Shown in pieces: positions 1-9,123 of a stretch of 32,000 bases of DNA. Source of the stretch: an uncultured Lachnospiraceae bacterium (GTDB taxonomy: Bacteria > Bacillota > Clostridia > Lachnospirales > Lachnospiraceae); the NCBI GenBank assembly GCA_947576945.1, contig CANPTH010000023.1, positions 5,050 through 37,049 on the forward strand. Reading direction: 5' to 3'. Under the pieces are notes generated by a model, which saw only the letters and a program-made list of their open reading frames with translations, had not been told where the DNA came from and did no database searches. Every line of letters starts with the position of its first letter. Position 1 is the stretch's first letter. A program made the translations under genes and the position numbers.

Positions 1-1706
1 GCCACTGCGATCATCCCCAGCATCCTGTCTCCGGCCGAGAAATAAAGCGGCGTCCTGCCTTCCTCCGCCATTCTTTCTCCCGTTTCACGCATAGAGACAG
101 TCAGCATTTTACGTTCCTCAAACATTGCCCCGCTGCCGCCGGCCGCCAGCTCCCCTGTCACCATGCCTTCCACGCCCCATCCTGGCAGTGCACGGAAATT
201 TCCTGCCGGCTGCACCGACAATCCCATTTCTGCAGAATACTCGCAGACCGCTTTCGCCAATGGATGCTCACTCATACTCTCCAAAGCTGCCGCAGTACTC
301 AAAAGCTCCTCTTCCGATATCCCTTCAGCGGGATACACCCCCGTAACCTTCGGCTTCCCCTCAGTTACCGTTCCCGTCTTATCCAGCACCACGAAATCCG
401 TCCTGCCCGCCTGTTCCAACGCCTCCGCATTCTTAAACAGGATTCCTTTCCTTGCTCCCATTCCATTACCTACCATAATCGCCACCGGCGTGGCAAGCCC
501 TAAAGAGCAGGGGCAGCTGATCACCAGCACACTGATCGCATACGACAGCGCTTTGCCGGCCTCAGCTCCCATCAGCAGCCATATAGCACCCGTTATCAGT
601 GCCAATACAATGACTACCGGAACAAAAACGCCCGATACTTTATCCGCAATCTGTGCGATCGGCGCCTTAGTCGCCACCGCATTCTCCACCATATCAATAA
701 TCTGCTGCAGCGTGGTATCTCCGCCCACACGCGTTGCCCGGCAGGTCAGCGCACCGTTCTGATTGATGGTGGCCGCACTGACACGATCTCCCGGCTGTTT
801 ATCCACCGGAATACTCTCACCGGTCAGGGCCGATTCATCTACCGCACTCTCACCCTCCAGCACTTCACCGTCCACCGGGATACTCTCGCCCGGTTTCACC
901 AGGAAAAGATCTCCTGCCAGAACCTCCTGCGCAGGCACCGTCATCTCCTCTCCATTTCGGACCACACGCGCCGTCTTCGGCGCCAGATCCATCAGGCTCC
1001 TGATCGCGTTGGTCGTCTTTCCCTTACTGTATGCCTCCAACATCTTACCGACTGTGATCAGTGTAAGGATCATGGCCGCAGACTCGAAATACATATCGTG
1101 CAGACAATGTCCTGCCTGCTCCACGTTACCTGCTCCAATGGCCGCACCCATCCGAAACATAACAGCTGTACTGTATACAAAGGCCGCACCACTTCCCAAT
1201 GCCACAAGCGTATCCATATTGGGCGCCCGATGCAAAAGACTCTGCACCCCGCTGATAAAGAAACGCTGATTGATCACCATCACAAGCCCGGTCAATAACA
1301 GCTGATATAATGCGATCGCCCACGGATCCGAGGCAAATGCCTCCGGCAGATACCAGCCCCACATTAGAGCGCCCATGGATACATACATAAGCGGTATGAG
1401 AAGGCATACTGACGCGATCAGTCTGCGCCGTATCTTCGGCGTTTCTCTGTCCTCTAAAACACTCTCCCTCCCTTCTGTTCCGGATCTCTCCATATTTCCT
1501 GGCACATTTGCACCATATCCCGCCGATTCCACTGCCGCGCAAATTGCCTGCGGCGTGGCGGGCGCTTCATATGACACAGTCATATTATTCATCAAAAGAC
1601 TCACACTGACACTGCTTACTCCGTCCACGCCGGCCGCCGCTTTCTCCACATGGGCACTGCAGGCAGCACAGGTCATGCCTGTTATCTGAAATTTTTCGCT
1701 TTTCAT
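1..1706 (-). CDS. copA: Heavy-metal (copper-type) translocating P1B-type ATPase. The N-terminal ~568 codons are present; the 3' end runs off the left window edge.
   Basis: Absent from the ORF track because it has no stop codon in the window. My reverse-strand translation from the ATG at 1706..1704 gives [29 protein letters not shown], an HMA domain with GMTCxxC. In the same frame are [15 protein letters not shown] (CPC motif, rc of 493-536), [12 protein letters not shown] (DKTGT phosphorylation site, rc of 364-398) and [20 protein letters not shown] at the window edge. Confidence 0.9.
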   Translation of the reverse strand, partial: MKSEKFQITGMTCAACSAHVEKAAAGVDGVSSVSVSLLMNNMTVSYEAPATPQAICAAVESAGYGANVPGNMERSGTEGRESVLEDRETPKIRRRLIASVCLLIPLMYVSMGALMWGWYLPEAFASDPWAIALYQLLLTGLVMVINQRFFISGVQSLLHRAPNMDTLVALGSGAAFVYSTAVMFRMGAAIGAGNVEQAGHCLHDMYFESAAMILTLITVGKMLEAYSKGKTTNAIRSLMDLAPKTARVVRNGEEMTVPAQEVLAGDLFLVKPGESIPVDGEVLEGESAVDESALTGESIPVDKQPGDRVSAATINQNGALTCRATRVGGDTTLQQIIDMVENAVATKAPIAQIADKVSGVFVPVVIVLALITGAIWLLMGAEAGKALSYAISVLVISCPCSLGLATPVAIMVGNGMGARKGILFKNAEALEQAGRTDFVVLDKTGTVTEGKPKVTGVYPAEGISEEELLSTAAALESMSEHPLAKAVCEYSAEMGLSVQPAGNFRALPGWGVEGMVTGELAAGGSGAMFEERKMLTVSMRETGERMAEEGRTPLYFSAGDRMLGMIAV

Positions 1707-1727
1707 CCTGTTCCATTCCTTTCTGCT

Positions 1728-2105
1728 CTATTTTAGCTTCTTAATCAGATCTATCGCTTCCTCCATGATCGCCTCATTCCCCTTCTTCACTTCTTCCACG
1801 ACGCAGGTCTGCATGTGTTCCTGCAGAATAATATATCCAAGACTCTGCAGTGCACTCTCCACCGCTCCGATCTGAATCAGAATATCTCCACAGTATCTGT
1901 TCTCACCAATCATGTTTCTGATGCCGTTAAGCTGTCCGATAATGCGGTTAATCCGATTCTGCAGCTGCTTCTGCGCCAAAGCGTCGCGGGGAACAAGCTT
2001 ATAGTGACCGCATGTACCCGGATTCTGTGTGTGTTCATCACAATATACCTCATGCGCATCCTCCATCTTCTCTATCATCTCTGTTGGTTTCGTATTCTCT
2101 GCCAT
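1728..2105 (-). CDS. csoR: CsoR/RcnR-family metal-sensing transcriptional repressor (125 aa)
   Basis: The 125-aa ORF has the family pattern: LQNRINRIIGQLNGIRNMI, then RYCGD (Cys), then LQEHMQTC (His-x3-Cys). It lies 21 nt upstream of copA on the same strand, as in csoR-copA operons. Confidence 0.85.
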   Translation of the reverse strand: MAENTKPTEMIEKMEDAHEVYCDEHTQNPGTCGHYKLVPRDALAQKQLQNRINRIIGQLNGIRNMIGENRYCGDILIQIGAVESALQSLGYIILQEHMQTCVVEEVKKGNEAIMEEAIDLIKKLK

Positions 2106-2181
2106 CTGCGTATCCTCCTTTATCTCCTGTTAACTGCCTTCAAAAAACATTCTTCTGATTATATTCTGTACTTTTTATTAT

Positions 2182-2210
2182 ATATTATACCCCCATAGGG
2201 TATATGTCAA
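2182..2210 (-). promoter_or_regulatory. Sigma-A-type promoter of csoR-copA with an embedded CsoR operator palindrome
   Basis: The minus strand reads TTGACA-TATACCCTATGGGGGTA-TAATAT. The -35 is rc of 2205-2210. The -10 is TAATAT with a 17-nt spacer, or TATAAT with 15 nt. The spacer contains ATACCC-N5-GGGTAT (2187-2203), which matches the GC-rich TACCC/GGGTA dyad type bound by CsoR. Confidence 0.7.
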
Positions 2211-2225
2211 TGAAAAATTTATTCC

Positions 2226-2257
2226 ATAAAATAAGACGGCGAAATATCCGCCGTCTC
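2226..2257 (-). terminator. Rho-independent terminator downstream of the diguanylate cyclase gene
   Basis: The minus strand reads GAGACGGCGG-ATATTT-CGCCGTCT followed by TATTTTAT. This is a GC-rich 8-9 bp stem plus a U-rich tail, about 25 nt after the stop at 2281. Confidence 0.6.
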
Positions 2258-2280
2258 AACTCACATCCAATATAATATTC

Positions 2281-3771
2281 TTAATCTATAGTCTCTTCTT
2301 CCTCAGGCTCTCCCCACTTATCGTCATAGAATGCCAGCTGATTCTTGCCCCGCCTTTTTGCCTTATACAATCCCTGATCAGCCGCCTTATACAACGTCTC
2401 AAAATCAACACCCTCATGCGGAAAAACTGCCACACCAATACTGGCATGAACCGCATACTTTACCTGTTCACCCACATGGAAATTGCGGAAGAAATCTTCC
2501 ACCTTTCTGGCCTCTTTGTAAATAACCTCAGGAGTCGAAACCGCTTTCAGAAAGATCATAAATTCGTCTCCGCCTACACGTCCGATAATATCCGACGCAC
2601 GGAAAATCGAGCTGATCTCCTCTCCCAGCGTACTGAGCACTTCATCACCAAAGGCATGCCCCAACGTGTCATTGACTGTCTTGAAATTATCCACATCCAG
2701 AAGAAACATCATACACTGCGTCTTCGGATTCTGTGCCATATAATTCTTGATCTTACGCTCTGTAGCCAGTTTATTATTCAACCCTGTCAGCAGGTCTGTA
2801 TCGGCTTTATTCTCCAGTTCCTTCTTCTGCTGATTGTCGCGTACCCTGCCAATAATATCTATTACCATAGTAAAACAACTGAAAACAAGGAATACCACAA
2901 TCAGGGACAGAAGCATCCCTTTCGTATTCTTCCACTGCGCACCTACCAATGCCTCCACATGACTCTGCGGAATCCCCAGTATAATCCCCCACTGATTCTT
3001 ATCAAGCGGCGCATAATACAAGATACGGCTCTCCCCGTCCATCCTCACACTGCCTGTTCCCTGTCTGCCTCCGGTTACAGCAGCACGGATGCCCCCGGCT
3101 TCCTCCGGATCTGCACTCTGAACAGCATCCAGCAGATTCCCTCCGCTCAGCAATCCGCTTTCGCTGCCGGAAGACGATAAGACTCTGCCCTCAGAATCTA
3201 CCAAAGCCAGGAAAGCGCCCGCCGCCAGATCTGCTTCAGAAAGCAGACTGTCAAACTTCTCAACCGGGTAGTAAAGCACCATAAAACTTCCCGCGCCCCT
3301 GTCAACACGCTCCGCCACTAAGATTGATCTCCGTGCTGCATCATCACTCTTTATGTACAGAAAAGAACTTTCGGATAAACGGAGTTCTTCAAAATATGGT
3401 TCCGCTCCGATGGAAACCTTGTTGCCCGCCTCGTCGATACCATTCCCATCACTGTCACAAAATGCCACTCCGGAAGCCTCTGCACAGTCAGCAACAATCC
3501 TGATCAGTTCAATAACCTGATTATCGTCAAAAGTCTGATCCTGTTCCAATACAGTACATACGGAACCCACCGCCCTGCTGACAGTTTCCAGTTCATTGGC
3601 CAGTTCCTTCGCATATCTTCCAGCCGAATGAAGCATATCCTCGGAAACCGCTTCTTTCGCATCTTCATTAGTCCTAACCGAGAAATTAAACAATATAATC
3701 AATACTACGATCATCGGAACAGCAAACAGAACAATCCACTGTAATACTGAAGACTTATTCTTCTTCTCCAT
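2281..3771 (-). CDS. Membrane-anchored sensor diguanylate cyclase: N-terminal TM, periplasmic/extracellular sensor region, second TM, GGDEF domain
   Basis: The GGDEF active site is intact (RVGGDEFMIFL) and an RxxD I-site lies 5 residues upstream (RASD). Two hydrophobic segments flank a ~260-aa region. I prefer the start at ATG 3771 (MEKKNKSS), which follows GTGAGGAAATCA. The ORF track's start at 3801 is the alternative. Confidence 0.85.
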   Translation of the reverse strand: MEKKNKSSVLQWIVLFAVPMIVVLIILFNFSVRTNEDAKEAVSEDMLHSAGRYAKELANELETVSRAVGSVCTVLEQDQTFDDNQVIELIRIVADCAEASGVAFCDSDGNGIDEAGNKVSIGAEPYFEELRLSESSFLYIKSDDAARRSILVAERVDRGAGSFMVLYYPVEKFDSLLSEADLAAGAFLALVDSEGRVLSSSGSESGLLSGGNLLDAVQSADPEEAGGIRAAVTGGRQGTGSVRMDGESRILYYAPLDKNQWGIILGIPQSHVEALVGAQWKNTKGMLLSLIVVFLVFSCFTMVIDIIGRVRDNQQKKELENKADTDLLTGLNNKLATERKIKNYMAQNPKTQCMMFLLDVDNFKTVNDTLGHAFGDEVLSTLGEEISSIFRASDIIGRVGGDEFMIFLKAVSTPEVIYKEARKVEDFFRNFHVGEQVKYAVHASIGVAVFPHEGVDFETLYKAADQGLYKAKRRGKNQLAFYDDKWGEPEEEETID

Positions 3772-4444
3772 TGATTTCCTCACTTCTCTCACCCACATCA
3801 ACCGAAAAATCCATATCCGAGACTACTTCCACTTCCGGTTCAAATTTCTTAAATATATTGCTGTACAGCCAGGCCGCCCCATACGCCGGAGCCGAAATAC
3901 CGAACAGAAAAACAAACAGAAGCGCATATGTTGAAAAATAGCTGATCACAAGCGGCATTGCATAGAAAACTGCCATCAGAATGGTCCTGGGCAGATTCCC
4001 TACCGCCATGAGCGCAGCATTCTTAAGAGTATTCCTGATCGAATTCTCAAATCTGGCAAGCAGTGGAAACACATACATCGAAATCAGATAAAGAATGACG
4101 CCGACGGCAATCACAGCAATCACCAGCGGCTTCGGAAATACCATTCCGGAAAAGGAGAAGATCAGCGCATCTCCGACATAAACTGCGATCACCACCATCA
4201 TCAGCAGCCAGATCAACGTGGCCTGCTTAAAATTTGCAGTAAAAGACTTGAAAAAACCTTTGACCAGATATCCTTCTTCTCCTCTCACCATCTTTAAGAT
4301 GACATAATGCATAGCCGTGACTGAGGCCCCCACAGTGATGACCGGTATACAGCATACGATCATCAGCAGGTTCAATATCATCAAATCCGCCACACGGCTT
4401 AAGGTCCGCATAATCGGACTTTCCAAATCAAAAAATCTTCCCAT
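3755..4444 (-). CDS. YesL-like (DUF624) polytopic membrane protein
   Basis: The N-terminus MGRFFDLESPIMRTLSRVADLMILNLLMIVCCIPVITVGASVTAMHYV and the overall TM layout resemble the YesL/DUF624 family. Its 3' end overlaps the cyclase start. Confidence 0.6.
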   Translation of the reverse strand: MGRFFDLESPIMRTLSRVADLMILNLLMIVCCIPVITVGASVTAMHYVILKMVRGEEGYLVKGFFKSFTANFKQATLIWLLMMVVIAVYVGDALIFSFSGMVFPKPLVIAVIAVGVILYLISMYVFPLLARFENSIRNTLKNAALMAVGNLPRTILMAVFYAMPLVISYFSTYALLFVFLFGISAPAYGAAWLYSNIFKKFEPEVEVVSDMDFSVDVGERSEEINGEEE

Positions 4445-4577
4445 AACTGTCTCACTCCTATAATCTTTACCGCAGAAGCGCCTGATAATCAGAGCAGCAA
4501 CCCGGCTGATTTATTTCTCTATTATAGTACAAAAGAACTCTGAAAAGCTATATTAATTACAAATTAATCAACATGAC

Positions 4578-5834
4578 CTATATATTGTATTTCTTGCTGA
4601 TCAATTCATACTGCATGTTAAGCGTCTCATACATTTTCAGAATCTGTGCTGATTCTTCCCGTATACGGCTTATGATCTTATCATAGGACTGTACGACGAC
4701 GGCAACCACCTGACGTTTCAGCCTGCTCCTGTCCGTTTTGTCATCCAGAATGGCAAGTATCTTCTCCTTTGGCTGTGATTTCCGATAACTACGCTGATTG
4801 AGCAGCGCAACCACCACATCCGCAACCTGCAGGATCTTCTGCTCGGTATTCATCTGGCTGTCGGTCAGCTGTTTCGGATAGCCGCTTCCGTCACATCGCT
4901 CATGATGTGCCATCACGATATCGACTACTTCCTTTTTCATCCGGCTGCGCAATATCTTGCCTGCAATTTCCACATGTGTTTTCAAGAGTTTAACTTCCCG
5001 CGGTTCTAATTTGCGCGGTTTCTCGATCACTTCCCGTGGAATCGCCAGCATTCCGATATCATGGATCAATGTTCCATAATAAAGAATCTCCCGCTTCTGT
5101 GGTGGCAGCATCATCTCCTTGGCAATCTCCTCGCTGACACAGACTGCCATAGCGGTCTCCATCACCATCTGACTGCGGAAAAATCCCTGACAGTACATCA
5201 GCATTTCCAGAAATTTCTTCTTATCTTCATTATTGAAAATCATGTATTCGATAATGTCATCCAGTTCCTTAAGATATTCTCCGCTTCGGATCTTCTCAAA
5301 CATACCGTATCTGTCTTCACATTTATAGAAAAGAAAAAGACCGTCATCCGACAGTTTCGTGCCGGCATATTTCTGGAACATGCCCATTTCAAACTTATCA
5401 CCCAGTGCGGTAGAATAGTGATCCATTTTCTCGGCAATATTGATGTAGGCCGCCAGATCCTTATATGCATAATTAACTTTCTGAAGCTGGTCATAATCCA
5501 TATGATGATACATGATCACCTTGGCCAGTTCGGGCAGCGGAGACAGGTACTTGAAAAACAGATACCCATAAATAGAATGTGCCATGCACTCCTTGGATTC
5601 ATACCGCAGAATATCCCCCAGTCTCTCCCGCTCTGTCTTATAGGCGCCGATATCATGAAGCGTCGCCACCATTACCATATCAGCCAGCTCAAACTCTTCA
5701 TACTTTCCTTCTTCCCGAAGCATCGTATAAACCATGTACGCTACTCTTGAGCCATGCTTCATCAATCTGGGATAGACAATTTTCAATGTATCCCGCACCA
5801 GCAAAAAAATGTCTTTACTTTTGATATACTCCAT
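4578..5834 (-). CDS. HD-GYP-type phosphohydrolase (probable c-di-GMP phosphodiesterase) with an additional degenerate N-terminal HD-like domain
   Basis: The C-terminal half has LIHDIGMLAIP followed by AHHERCDGSGYP, the HD and HHE..GYP signatures. The N-terminal half has ATLHDIGAY and MYHHMDY. Confidence 0.8.
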   Translation of the reverse strand: MEYIKSKDIFLLVRDTLKIVYPRLMKHGSRVAYMVYTMLREEGKYEEFELADMVMVATLHDIGAYKTERERLGDILRYESKECMAHSIYGYLFFKYLSPLPELAKVIMYHHMDYDQLQKVNYAYKDLAAYINIAEKMDHYSTALGDKFEMGMFQKYAGTKLSDDGLFLFYKCEDRYGMFEKIRSGEYLKELDDIIEYMIFNNEDKKKFLEMLMYCQGFFRSQMVMETAMAVCVSEEIAKEMMLPPQKREILYYGTLIHDIGMLAIPREVIEKPRKLEPREVKLLKTHVEIAGKILRSRMKKEVVDIVMAHHERCDGSGYPKQLTDSQMNTEQKILQVADVVVALLNQRSYRKSQPKEKILAILDDKTDRSRLKRQVVAVVVQSYDKIISRIREESAQILKMYETLNMQYELISKKYNI

Positions 5835-5851
5835 ATATGTATCCTCGCATC

Positions 5852-6346
5852 TTAAAATTTAAGTTCCATGGGGGTATAAATGATGCCATCTTTCCGTTCC
5901 TCAGGCCGCAGGTCGCGAAACCCCAGCTTATGATAGAACTCAACCCCATACGGAGACGCATTGACTGTCACCTGACGAATGCCCATTTCCTTCACCATGT
6001 ATTCTGTCAGATATTTCATCAACGCGCGCCCGATCCCCCGCCTGTGATATTTCTCATCCACAAAGAGCAGTGAGATATGCTTTGAGTCACGCAGCGTGAT
6101 CATTCCAACTATCCTGTCCTGGTCCAGTGCCACAAACATCTGGTAGGCCCCCATGACAAACATCCTGTGCAGCGTAGCATCCGTAATAAAATTCTCAAAA
6201 TTCTGCACGCCTTCCGTAGAATAAACGTCTGCCTCAAACTGCAGGAAAGTCTTCCACGCCAACGCCATGGCATCTTCCCATTCCTCACGGTATGCGCTTC
6301 TGATCTGATAAAACGTTTCCACCCTTTCCCGCAGCTCCTTTAACAT
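5852..6346 (-). CDS. GNAT-family N-acetyltransferase
   Basis: 164 aa with the acetyl-CoA binding signature VDEKYHRRGIGRALM. It lies 17 nt upstream of the HD-GYP gene start on the same strand. Confidence 0.75.
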   Translation of the reverse strand: MLKELRERVETFYQIRSAYREEWEDAMALAWKTFLQFEADVYSTEGVQNFENFITDATLHRMFVMGAYQMFVALDQDRIVGMITLRDSKHISLLFVDEKYHRRGIGRALMKYLTEYMVKEMGIRQVTVNASPYGVEFYHKLGFRDLRPEERKDGIIYTPMELKF

Positions 6347-6411
6347 GTTATCTATATTCTAGCGTATTTAAAGTAAACATACAACCTTTTAAAATGAAAG
6401 CATGCAAACTG

Positions 6412-7392
6412 TTACGTAGTCACTTTGTTCACAAGCGGCAGCCCATTCTCAAAAGCATAGGCATTCTCCAGTGTTACCTTCGCAATTGCCTGCATGGCCT
6501 CCTTTGTAAAAAAGCCCATGTGGGACGTGATCAGCACATTAGGAAAAGTCATCAACCGCGCCAGATTCTCATCCCGCATGATCTCCCCCGACTTGTCCTC
6601 GTAGAAAATCCCTTCTTCCTCTTCGTAGACATCCAGTCCCACACCTCCGAATTTCCCGTCAACAAGCCCGTCGATCAGGGCGTCCGTGTCAATCAACGCC
6701 CCTCTGGATGTATTTACCAGATAAACACCCTGTTTCATATGATCTATTGTAGCTCTGTTGACAATATGCTTCGTCTCCGAAGTCAAAGGACAATGCAGCG
6801 AGATCAGATCCGCCTTTGCCATCAGCTCCTCCAGCCCCACATACTCCACATCCAGCTCTTTATTCGGATACGGATCGTATGCCAGTACATGCATACCGAA
6901 GCCTCTGCAGATCCGGATCATGGCCTGGCCGATCTTACCTGTACCGATAATACCTGCCGTCTTTTGATACAGATCCACTCCCATCAGACCGTTCAAACTC
7001 ATATTAAAGTCTCTTGTTCTATTATATGCTTTGTGTGTGTACCGATTCACAGTCAGTATCACACCCATTGCAAATTCCGCTACTGCTTCCGGTGAATAAC
7101 TGGGGACACGCAGTATACAGATCTTTTCCTCAGCCGCCTGCACATCCACGTGATTAAACCCCGCACTGCGCAGCAGGATAACCTTGACCTTCATCTCATA
7201 TAGCTGGTCAATCATCCTGGCATTTACATAATCATTAACAAAAATACAGACTGCGTCAAATCCCTGCGCAAGCGAGATCGTCTCCTCCTGAAATGACATC
7301 TCAAAGAAATGTATCTCAAATCCATATTCTTTTCCCATCGGTTCAAACCATATCTTATCATATGGTTTCGTACTGAAAAACGCTATTTTCAT
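6412..7392 (-). CDS. ldhA: D-lactate dehydrogenase / D-isomer-specific 2-hydroxyacid dehydrogenase
   Basis: Collinear with E. coli LdhA as I recall it: MKIAFFSTKPYDK, AVCIFVNDYV, RVPSYSPEAVAEFAMG, the NAD motif KTAGIIGTGKIGQAM, LISLHCPLT, VNTSRGALID and GLDVYEEE. Confidence 0.9.
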   Translation of the reverse strand: MKIAFFSTKPYDKIWFEPMGKEYGFEIHFFEMSFQEETISLAQGFDAVCIFVNDYVNARMIDQLYEMKVKVILLRSAGFNHVDVQAAEEKICILRVPSYSPEAVAEFAMGVILTVNRYTHKAYNRTRDFNMSLNGLMGVDLYQKTAGIIGTGKIGQAMIRICRGFGMHVLAYDPYPNKELDVEYVGLEELMAKADLISLHCPLTSETKHIVNRATIDHMKQGVYLVNTSRGALIDTDALIDGLVDGKFGGVGLDVYEEEEGIFYEDKSGEIMRDENLARLMTFPNVLITSHMGFFTKEAMQAIAKVTLENAYAFENGLPLVNKVTT

Positions 7393-7520
7393 TGAAATCG
7401 CCTCCTCTGACCATTTCTATATAGTATGGTCAAAGAAGGCGAAATCATGCGTTTTCTTTCAACAACTGCCAGAATCCTCACAGCACGGACTCCTGTACTG
7501 TCGAACCGACAACCGTAATT

Positions 7521-8012
7521 CTACTTTGGCAGCAGATTTTTAAAGAATTCCTCTACCGTATCTCGAATGCCGTCGAAAAAATTATGGGCCGCATCCGTCA
7601 CAGCGCTTTCCACCGCTTCATTAATAGCTTCATTCGCTTCCTCAACGAATCCTGTACTGTATTTCTGGTATTTCTCCTTCGCCTGCTCTATGAAATCTCC
7701 CGTCTCAACTTCGATCGTACCGAGTGTCTGCAGGAAGCCCGTCACGTTCTTCTTATCCTCCTGCGTCAGTGTAATCCCCAGTTCCCTCTCGGCTTCCACA
7801 AACATCTGCTCTATACTGCCATCATCCGTCAGATCAACCTCGCCGGCCGCTATTCTCTCGACCATCCATCCGACAATCGTTTCGTCCGCCCGCCCGGCTG
7901 CCGCATCAGCTATATGATTTTCCGCCTTTCTGGACGGATCCAGAACGATCACCCCGACTATAATCAGGATCACCAGCAGAATCAATCTTCGCCGCCATTT
8001 ATGTCTTCCCAT
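7521..8012 (-). CDS. Hypothetical N-terminally membrane-anchored acidic protein (163 aa)
   Basis: Good RBS (GAAGGAGCGTGGA before the ATG). The N-terminus is a basic stretch plus one TM (HKWRRRLILLVILIIVGVIVL), followed by an acidic helical region. I recognise no family. Confidence 0.55.
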   Translation of the reverse strand: MGRHKWRRRLILLVILIIVGVIVLDPSRKAENHIADAAAGRADETIVGWMVERIAAGEVDLTDDGSIEQMFVEAERELGITLTQEDKKNVTGFLQTLGTIEVETGDFIEQAKEKYQKYSTGFVEEANEAINEAVESAVTDAAHNFFDGIRDTVEEFFKNLLPK

Positions 8013-8170
8013 TCCACGCTCCTTCGAGTTGCCTGTGAAACATATCTGTTCTCCACAGCAATCCCAGTATGATCCACTTTAATACCTTACTGTTTCACGC
8101 AGGATACATTTTCATCTGCAAGGCGGATGACAGAGCGTGTATTCCTTTGTTCACTGAGGGTAACAGTACA

Positions 8171-9103
8171 TTATATCCTCTGCAGAATCCATCGATAAAC
8201 ATCTGCGTACACATCCGCTCTGTCCACCTCGTTCAAAATCTCATGCCTGTCCCCGGGATACAACTTTATCTGTACATTTCCCAGGCCCACCCGCAGGAAA
8301 GACTCATATACCTGCTTTACGCTCCGTCCATAATTCCCCACCGGATCATCTTCTCCCGACAGGAACAGCACCGGCAGACGCTTTGGCATCTCCTGCAGAC
8401 GCTTTTCGTCATGCAGATTCCAGATCAGCTGAAATAACGTCTGAAATCCATTGATCGTGAATGTAAAACCGCACAGAGGATCCTGTATATAACTTTGCAC
8501 ATTCTCTTCATTTCTGGAAAGCCAGTCGAAAAGAGTCCTGCGTGAATCAATTCTCTTATTATAAGCGCCAAAAGCCGCCGCATTCAAAAGCTCACTCGCA
8601 TGTTTTGATCCACAGAATATTCTCTGGAATCCTGCCAGCATCCGGGCTGCTATCAACGTCGGCTTTGACTGCATCCCTGTACCCACAATAACAGCGCCGT
8701 CTATCCCGCTGCCATAACGAAGCAGATAATTGCGTGTGATAAAAGAACCCATACTGTGACCCAATATAATATAAGGAATGTCAGGATACTGCTCCTGTGT
8801 CATCTTCTTAAGCCTGTGTTCATCCCGCACAAGCACCGTAGCAGCATCCTCCTTACAGAAATAACCGTATGGTTCTCCCGGTCTGACAGATTTACCGTGC
8901 CCTAAATGATCATCGCCTACGACCAGAATTCCTCTTTCCGCCAGATAAGAGGCAAACTCATCATATCTGTCTATATATTCCGCCATACCATGTACGATCT
9001 GCACGATGCAGACCGGCCGGTCCGTCTCCGGAATCCACCTGATGGCATGTATTTTATGATCCCGGTCTCTGGAATCAAAATAAAATTCTTGCTTCTTCAC
9101 CAC
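8171..9103 (-). CDS. Alpha/beta hydrolase, lysophospholipase / monoacylglycerol-lipase-like
   Basis: Has the HG oxyanion motif (VHGMAEY) and the nucleophile elbow GHSMGS. It starts at GTG 9103, preceded by GAGGAGGAAG with a 7-nt spacer that overlaps the end of metG. Confidence 0.8.
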   Translation of the reverse strand: MVKKQEFYFDSRDRDHKIHAIRWIPETDRPVCIVQIVHGMAEYIDRYDEFASYLAERGILVVGDDHLGHGKSVRPGEPYGYFCKEDAATVLVRDEHRLKKMTQEQYPDIPYIILGHSMGSFITRNYLLRYGSGIDGAVIVGTGMQSKPTLIAARMLAGFQRIFCGSKHASELLNAAAFGAYNKRIDSRRTLFDWLSRNEENVQSYIQDPLCGFTFTINGFQTLFQLIWNLHDEKRLQEMPKRLPVLFLSGEDDPVGNYGRSVKQVYESFLRVGLGNVQIKLYPGDRHEILNEVDRADVYADVYRWILQRI

Positions 9104-9123
9104 AGAAAGGCTTCCTCCTCATT

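Noticed and set aside
163-1269. Plus-strand ORFs 163-762 and 763-1269 (199 and 168 aa), plus other short ORFs over 125-1689.
   Set aside because: They are antisense shadows of the copA gene. Their products are low-complexity Ser/Pro/Ala/Thr-rich, whereas the minus strand carries in-frame HMA, CPC and DKTGT motifs.
2416-7095. Long antisense ORFs inside the GGDEF, HD-GYP and ldhA genes (2416-3180, 5061-5750, 6394-7095).
   Set aside because: Each lies opposite a gene with strong family motifs. Their translations are His/Gln/Ile/Leu-rich with no recognisable domain or RBS, which is typical of shadow ORFs.
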